From: Chlamydiota bacterium
Lineage (GTDB): Bacteria; Auribacterota; Tritonobacteria; UBA1439
Length of the DNA stretch: 10,633 bases
Direction of reading: 5' to 3'
Assembly (NCBI GenBank): GCA_037133055.1
Contig: JBAXOY010000103.1
Coordinates: forward strand, 1-10,633
The notes beneath the pieces are model-generated. The model ran no database searches. It was given only the letters and a program-made list of their open reading frames with translations, and was not told the origin of the DNA. The position numbers and the translations under genes are program-made. Positions 1 to 4,793 of the stretch are shown piece by piece (position 1 is the first letter of the stretch; each line of letters starts with the position of its first letter).

Positions 1-255
1 GCCCCGCGGGCTCGAAATCCTCGCGCCGCCGGTCTCCGAACCGGTGGGCGCGGCGAACGGGAACGCGCGGATCCGCGAGCTGATCGGGCCGATCCGCGGC
101 GCCTTCCGCGCGGCGGTGTATCCGCTCATACTATTTCCCCTGGCATGGATGATGCTGAAGGCCGCGGCGCGGCATGCCTGCGCCCGCGCGCGCGGTGGAG
201 GGGAGGAGACGCGATGAAAATGGAGGCCCCCCGTGTCACCGTGGCGATCCCGTGC
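1..255 (+). repeat. GT2 junction direct repeat, copy 1
   Basis: 1-192 is identical to 1038-1229, and 203-255 is identical to 1258-1310. Copy 1 lacks 18 nt (6 codons) present in copy 2. Confidence 0.95.
2..217 (+). CDS. 3' end of an upstream gene, probably another GT2 paralogue (partial, 5'-truncated by window)
   Basis: Frame 2 reads PRGLEILAPPVSEPVGAANGNARIRELIGPIRGAFRAAVYPLILFPLAWMMLKAAARHACARARGGGEETR*. This matches the C-terminus of the next gene (nt 1-192 = 1038-1229). Stop TGA at 215-217 overlaps the next ATG (ATGA). The catalytic domain is outside the window. Confidence 0.75.
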   Translation, partial: PRGLEILAPPVSEPVGAANGNARIRELIGPIRGAFRAAVYPLILFPLAWMMLKAAARHACARARGGGEETR

Positions 256-1272
256 CATAACGGCGAACGGTTCCTTGCGCGCTCGATCGAGTCGGTCCTC
301 GCACAGGAATGCCCCGGGATCGAGATCGCGGTGTTCGACGACGGGTCCGACGACCGCTCGGTGGAGATCGCGAGGGTAGTCGATGACCCGCGGCTGACCG
401 TGAGGCAAACCCCGGCGCGGCTGGGGATCGGGGCGAACTGGAACCAGGGGCTCCGGCACGGGTCGGGGCCGTACGTGATCATCCATCACCAGGACGACGT
501 GATGGCGCCCGGGGCGATCGAGAAGAAGGCCGCCTTCATGGAGGCGCACCCCGGGGCGGGGTTCGTCTACTCGAGGATTGAGGCGATCGATGAGGAGGGG
601 AAGAAGCTGCCGGAGCAGTGGCACTGGTTCTCCAACGACCTTTTCGACCGGGACCGTCTCTTCGAATCCATTCCCTTCTTCATGGCGCTCCTCCTGGGGA
701 AGAACCTCATCTGCTGTCCCAGCGTGATGATGCGGCGGTCGGCGGCCCTCGAGATCGGCGGATTCAACGAGGCGATGGCGTTCACGCTGGACTGGGAGAT
801 GTGGCTCAGGATGGCGGCGGCGTACCCGGTGGGGTACGTGGATGCGGTGACGACCTACTACCGCTGTCACAAGAGGCAGGAGACGCAGCGGCACGTGGAC
901 CGGCAAGCGGAGCACAGCTATGACGCACGGATATCGGCGCTGCGGCGCTCTGCAGCAAGGGTCAACGCATGGCCCGCCTCGGAGGTGCTCGCCGAGATCG
1001 TCTCGCTCGTGCGGCAGATCGAGGAGCGGTCGCCCCTGCCCCGCGGGCTCGAAATCCTCGCGCCGCCGGTCTCCGAACCGGTGGGCGCGGCGAACGGGAA
1101 CGCGCGGATCCGCGAGCTGATCGGGCCGATCCGCGGCGCCTTCCGCGCGGCGGTGTATCCGCTCATACTATTTCCCCTGGCATGGATGATGCTGAAGGCC
1201 GCGGCGCGGCATGCCTGCGCCCGCGCGCGGGCCGGGAAGCGCGCGCGTGGCGGAGGAGAGGAGACGCGATGA
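214..1272 (+). CDS. Glycosyltransferase family 2 (GT-A fold) with hydrophobic/basic C-terminal tail, 352 aa
   Basis: Motifs VTVAIPCHNGE, VFDDGSDD, GIGANWN, HHQDD (DxD position), GGFNE and LDWEMWLR. Start placed at ATG 214 (MKMEAPRV) after a GGAGGAG RBS and an ATGA overlap, rather than at 145 as in the ORF track. Confidence 0.92.
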   Translation: MKMEAPRVTVAIPCHNGERFLARSIESVLAQECPGIEIAVFDDGSDDRSVEIARVVDDPRLTVRQTPARLGIGANWNQGLRHGSGPYVIIHHQDDVMAPGAIEKKAAFMEAHPGAGFVYSRIEAIDEEGKKLPEQWHWFSNDLFDRDRLFESIPFFMALLLGKNLICCPSVMMRRSAALEIGGFNEAMAFTLDWEMWLRMAAAYPVGYVDAVTTYYRCHKRQETQRHVDRQAEHSYDARISALRRSAARVNAWPASEVLAEIVSLVRQIEERSPLPRGLEILAPPVSEPVGAANGNARIRELIGPIRGAFRAAVYPLILFPLAWMMLKAAARHACARARAGKRARGGGEETR

Positions 1273-1310
1273 AAATGGAGGCCCCCCGTGTCACCGTGGC
1301 GATCCCGTGC
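990..1310 (+). repeat. GT2 junction direct repeat, copy 2
   Basis: Matches 1-255 as above. In addition, 990-1135 matches 2045-2190 with 3 mismatches in 146 nt. Confidence 0.95.
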
Positions 1311-2357
1311 GGCGACGGCGAGCGGTATATCGGCGAATCGATACGTTCTGTGCTGTGCCAGACCCACCGGAACATCGAAGTCCTCGTGATGGACCAGCAG
1401 TCGACGGACCGCACGCACCGCATCGCGGAGGATTTTCACGATCCGAGGCTCACGGTGCTCCGGAACCCGGTGTGCCTCAGCATCGGCGCGAACTGGAACC
1501 AGGGGCTCCGGCACGGCTCCGGGCCGTACGTGATCATCCACCACCAGGACGACGTGATGACCCCAGATTCGATCGCGAGGAAGGTCTCCTTCTTTGAGGC
1601 GCACCCGCAGGCGGGATTTGTCTACTCGAGGGTCGAAGTCATTGACGGGGAGGGCATGGCGCTTCCGGATCAGCGCCGCTGGTTCTCCAACGCCCTGTTT
1701 GACGGGGACCACCTCTTCGAATCCCTGCCCTTCTTTATGGCGCTCCTCCTCGGGAAAAACCTCATCTGCTGCCCCGGCGTGATGATGAAGCGGTCGGCGG
1801 CCCTCGGGGTGGGGGGGTTCAACGAGGAGATGCCGTTCACGCTCGACTGGGAGATGTGGCTGAGGATGGCGGCGGCGTATCCGGTCGGCTACGTGGATGC
1901 GGTGACCATGTGCTACCGCGTGCACCGCGGAATGGATTCCCTGAAGCATGTCGACCAAATCGCCAAGCACTCCTACGCCGCGCGGCTCTCCGCGGTCACG
2001 CGGTCGACGGCGCTCCTCGACCGCTGGGCCTCGGCCGACGTGTGCGCCGAGATCGTCTCGCTTGTGCGGCAGATCGAGGAGCGGTCGCCCCAGCCCCGCG
2101 GGCTCGAAATCCTCGCGCCGCCGGTCTCCGAACCGGTGGGCGCGGCGAACGGGAGCGCGCGGATCCGCGAGCTGATCGGGCCGATCCGCGATCCCCGCGA
2201 CCGCGTGGCGGCCCTCCTCCGCGAGGTGGCGCGCCTCGACGCCGACCGGGAGGCGCTGCGGGGACGCGTGAAAGAGTACGAGGAGTCCGCCTCGTTCAGG
2301 CTCGGGCGCCTGCTCCTCGCGCCGGTGCGGTGGATCCGCCGGACGCGTGATCGATAG
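1269..2357 (+). CDS. Glycosyltransferase family 2 paralogue with C-terminal coiled coil and SxSFRLGRLLLAPVR amphipathic tail, 362 aa
   Basis: Collinear with the previous gene at a constant 1055-nt offset and carries the same GT2 motifs. Start at ATG 1269 after a GAGGAG RBS, with ATGA overlap of the preceding stop. Confidence 0.92.
   Translation: MKMEAPRVTVAIPCGDGERYIGESIRSVLCQTHRNIEVLVMDQQSTDRTHRIAEDFHDPRLTVLRNPVCLSIGANWNQGLRHGSGPYVIIHHQDDVMTPDSIARKVSFFEAHPQAGFVYSRVEVIDGEGMALPDQRRWFSNALFDGDHLFESLPFFMALLLGKNLICCPGVMMKRSAALGVGGFNEEMPFTLDWEMWLRMAAAYPVGYVDAVTMCYRVHRGMDSLKHVDQIAKHSYAARLSAVTRSTALLDRWASADVCAEIVSLVRQIEERSPQPRGLEILAPPVSEPVGAANGSARIRELIGPIRDPRDRVAALLREVARLDADREALRGRVKEYEESASFRLGRLLLAPVRWIRRTRDR
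2045..2190 (+). repeat. GT2 junction direct repeat, copy 3 (partial)
   Basis: 146 nt matching 990-1135 (differences ctc/ctt, ctg/cag, aac/agc). Similarity ends abruptly after GGGCCGATCCGCG. Confidence 0.95.
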
Positions 2358-2595
2358 CATGGGGGAAGGGATACACTGCGGCCGGGATACTGCTTTAACG
2401 TAGCCCGCAGATGAACGCAGATCGTCAGGATAGACAGGATACAAAAGGGGGACAAAAGTGGCGGGATACCCGAATTGGACGCGGATTGTCGCGGATGAAC
2501 GCGGATCGCTTGAATAGGATGGATACAATGAAGCAACAGAGGATACATCATTCCGGACGTAGATTTCGCGGATGAACGCAGATAAAGAAGCCGCA

Positions 2596-2793
2596 TAACT
2601 ACTCAGATGGTCTGAAGTCAGGAGCCAGAATCCAGAATGGATCGCGAAAAAGCTTCCAGTAGCGTGCTGACCTCCTCGAGTAACTGCATTAACCCGGAAA
2701 CATCGCCGTAGCCCAAGTCCTCAAATATCAACGCCGGTGTCCTCATTCCGACTCCTGGCTCCTGACTCCTGAATTCTGGCTCCTGAGCAGTTA
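2596..2793. mobile_element. Inner cassette bounded by 11-bp terminal inverted repeats and inverted heptamer arrays
   Basis: TAACTACTCAG (2596-2606) pairs with CTGAGCAGTTA (2783-2793), 10/11. Heptamers TCAGGAG-CCAGAAT-CCAGAAT lie on the left and ACTCCTG-GCTCCTG-ACTCCTG-AATTCTG-GCTCCTG on the right. Perfect 14-bp IR at 2618-2631 / 2773-2786. No transposase is present, so mobility is inferred. Confidence 0.5.
2618..2746 (-). pseudogene. Four-helix-bundle protein (bAvd / 23S rRNA intervening-sequence protein family) remnant with large in-frame internal deletion, 42 aa
   Basis: Translates MRTPALIFEDL-GYGDVSGLMQLLEEVSTLLEAFSRSILDSGS*. The start resembles the family N-terminus (xxFEDLxVWQKA) and the rest resembles its C-terminus (xxDLGYGD...LEEVSxLLxxYxxxIL). 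The conserved core (LTSQxRRAAVSIxxNIAEG) is absent. An AGGAG RBS is supplied by the heptamer array. Confidence 0.7.
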
Positions 2794-3129
2794 CGAAACC
2801 GCACGGGATTTTCAAGAATGGATGGGACGCGGAGCCTTCTTCACTTCCCCCTTTTCCCCTTGAACTTTCATCCCTGAACCGTTGCGGTATCTGCGTGCTC
2901 TGCGTACATCTGCGTCCCAAAAGCCTTTATATCTTTGTTCCGCATTTTATCCGCGTGCATCCGCGTCCAAAGTCTCTTTGCCGTTTCCCTTTATGTCTTC
3001 ACGCCATGGTCTTATCCGCGTCCATCCTGACGATCTGCGTTCATCTGCGTCCCGGCGTTGAAGCACGTAACGCTGATGATTCGATGATTATTCAAGGTGT
3101 TATTCGAGGGTGCGCCGCGGCCGGATTTC

Positions 3130-3138
3130 TGGTACACT
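3130..3138 (+). promoter_or_regulatory. Putative extended -10 promoter (TGgTACACT) for the three-gene module
   Basis: TG-n-TACACT lies ~65 nt upstream of ATG 3203. No good -35 element is visible. GGAGGT RBS at 3190-3195. Confidence 0.4.
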
Positions 3139-3202
3139 AAGGCGCCACAATTGAACCGCGTCGGTATTCATTGCTCCGACCTGTTCCCGGGAGGTCGCCT
3201 GA

Positions 3203-3427
3203 ATGAAAGTAACGCTCGCCGTCGCCGCCGTGTTCGCCGCCGCCGCGTTGTCCCCGCCCTGTGCCTGCGCCTACCTTGACCCCGGCACGGGGAGCTACGT
3301 CGTCCAGGTCGTCATCGCGGCGCTCGTCGGGGGAGGGTTCGCCCTCAAGATATTCTGGAAGAGGATCTCCGACGCCCTCCGGCGCCTCTTCTCCCGCGGG
3401 GATACCGATGACACGGGTCGAAAATAG
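3203..3427 (+). CDS. Small membrane protein of the 'YLDPGTGS' family (signal peptide + conserved motif + TM helix + basic tail), 74 aa
   Basis: GGAGGT RBS 7 nt upstream. Signal-like MKVTLAVAAVFAAAALSPPCACA, then YLDPGTGS, hydrophobic YVVQVVIAALVGGGFALKIFW and basic KRI...RRLF. Overlaps the next gene by 20 nt. Confidence 0.8.
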   Translation: MKVTLAVAAVFAAAALSPPCACAYLDPGTGSYVVQVVIAALVGGGFALKIFWKRISDALRRLFSRGDTDDTGRK

Positions 3428-4793
3428 CGCGCGGGTCCCCGGCTCGTTCCGCGACCCGAGCGGCTTCCTTTTTCGGCGTGAGGGGATCCTTTACCGCCGG
3501 ATCAACCCGGCGTACCGCGCGCACTACGACCGGTTGATGGGGTCGGGGCTGTATGACGACCTCGTCCAGGCGGGGCTCCTCATTCCGCACCGCGAGGCCG
3601 CCATTCCCGGCGAGGCCGCGCCCCCCGGCTGCGTATTCATACAGCCCGAGGTCGTGCCCTTCATCTCATATCCGTACGAATGGTGTTTCAGCCAGCTCAG
3701 GGATGCGGCCCTCGCCACGCTGGAGATCCAGAGGCGCGCGCTCGACCGCGGCATGACCCTGAAGGACTCGAGCGCCTTCAACATACAGTTCGTCAGGGGG
3801 AAACCGGCGCTCATCGACACCCTCTCCTTCGAGGAGTACCGGGAGGGGGCGCCGTGGGTCGCCTACCGGCAGTTCTGCCAGCATTTCCTCGCGCCGCTCG
3901 CCCTGATGAGCCGCACGGATGTCAGGCTCGGGCAGCTCTCCCGGATTTTCCTGGACGGGGTGCCGATGGATCTCGCGAGCGCGCTCCTCCCCCGGTCGAC
4001 CCGGCTCCGGTTTTCTCTCCTCACGCACATCCACCTGCACGCGCGGGCGCAGAAAATGTGCGCGCGGAGCGAGGGCAAGGCGAGGGCCGGCACGCTCTCG
4101 CGCTTCAGCTTTCTCGCGCTCGTGGACAGTTTGAGGACCGCGGTCGGGCGCCTGCGGCGCGAGCCCGGCGGGACCGAGTGGGGGGAGTACTACGACGCCA
4201 CGAACTACTCCGCGGAATCGCTCGCGCACAAGAAGAGGCTCGTGGGCGAATTCCTCGACATCCTCCGCCCCCGCAGCGTCTGGGACATGGGGGCGAACAC
4301 GGGGATGTTCAGCAGGATCGCGGGCGGGAAGGGCATCCCGACCGTGGCGATGGACGGCGATCCCTCCGCGGTGGAGATGAACTACCGGCAGTGCAGGAAC
4401 GAGAACGAGGAGCGGATCCTCCCGCTTCTGATCGACCTCACGAACCCGAGCCCCGCCGTCGGCTGGGCCCACGAGGAGAGGATGTCGCTCGCAGAGCGGG
4501 GGCCGGCGGACGCGGTCATGGCGCTGGCTCTGGTCCACCACCTCGCCATCTCCAACAACACCCCGCTCCCTGACATCGCGCGCTTCCTCAGCCGCCTCGG
4601 GAACTCGCTCATCATCGAGTTCGTCCCGAAGGGGGACTCCAACGCCCGGCGGCTGCTCTCGACGCGCGAGGACATCTTTCCCGACTACGCGGAGGGCCCT
4701 TTCGAGGCCGCGTTCGGGGGGCATTTCGCCGTCGAGAAACGATCCCCCGTCCCGGGCACGGAGAGGACGCTCTACCTGATGAGGAAGAGATGA
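3408..4793 (+). CDS. NoeA-like protein: N-terminal kinase-like domain + C-terminal class I SAM-dependent methyltransferase, 461 aa
   Basis: SFRDPSG, ISYPYEW, LKDSSAFNIQF, IDTLSF and WVAYRQFCQHFLAPL are NoeA-family signatures as recalled. SAM motif I WDMGANTG at 4281-4304; also ALALVHHL and IIEFVP. Start placed at ATG 3408. Confidence 0.85.
   Translation: MTRVENSARVPGSFRDPSGFLFRREGILYRRINPAYRAHYDRLMGSGLYDDLVQAGLLIPHREAAIPGEAAPPGCVFIQPEVVPFISYPYEWCFSQLRDAALATLEIQRRALDRGMTLKDSSAFNIQFVRGKPALIDTLSFEEYREGAPWVAYRQFCQHFLAPLALMSRTDVRLGQLSRIFLDGVPMDLASALLPRSTRLRFSLLTHIHLHARAQKMCARSEGKARAGTLSRFSFLALVDSLRTAVGRLRREPGGTEWGEYYDATNYSAESLAHKKRLVGEFLDILRPRSVWDMGANTGMFSRIAGGKGIPTVAMDGDPSAVEMNYRQCRNENEERILPLLIDLTNPSPAVGWAHEERMSLAERGPADAVMALALVHHLAISNNTPLPDIARFLSRLGNSLIIEFVPKGDSNARRLLSTREDIFPDYAEGPFEAAFGGHFAVEKRSPVPGTERTLYLMRKR

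Larger units (their letters stand above)
2391..3065. repeat. Long nested imperfect inverted repeat (arms ~2391-2595 and ~2881-3065) built from ~10-bp CGC(A/G)GATGAA-type units; possible MITE/REP-like element
   Basis: Perfect 26-bp IR at 2406-2431 / 3024-3049. 9/10 IR at 2391-2400 / 3056-3065. Perfect 12-bp IR at 2475-2486 / 2959-2970. Imperfect ~30-bp IR at ~2555-2584 / 2888-2917. Hand-counted 60-nt lines here are ~50% GC, against 77% for 2161-2220. Confidence 0.88.

Noticed and set aside
1..1310. GT2 repeats as a pure assembly artefact
   Set aside because: The copies differ by an in-frame 18-nt indel, synonymous Gly codon changes and point substitutions, and all frames stay intact. An artefact is unlikely, though only reads can exclude it.
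2618..2746. Diversity-generating retroelement (Avd-like gene near repeated sequences)
   Set aside because: There is no reverse transcriptase in the window, and differences between the GT repeats are not adenine-specific TR/VR-type changes.
2406..3049. CRISPR array
   Set aside because: The repeats are ~10-bp units in small clusters with inverted orientation between arms. There is no constant 23-47 bp repeat with regular spacers, and no cas genes.
2391..3065. Integron attC sites (TAAC...GTT ends on both the outer and inner IRs)
   Set aside because: The ends do not fit RYYYAAC/GTTRRRY exactly, the spans (~200 and ~675 bp) exceed typical attC length, and no integrase is in view. The resemblance is noted but unsupported.
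2747..3279. ORFs 2895-3140, 3097-3279 and the N-terminal extension of 2618-2920
   Set aside because: These translate repeat arms or promoter DNA (CVHLR, IRVHPR, QEP repeats), use non-ATG or unsupported starts, and have no RBS.
145..3407. Upstream starts given by the ORF track (145, 969, 3261)
   Set aside because: The extensions overlap the preceding genes in another frame. RBS or overlap-supported starts are at 214, 1269 and 3408.
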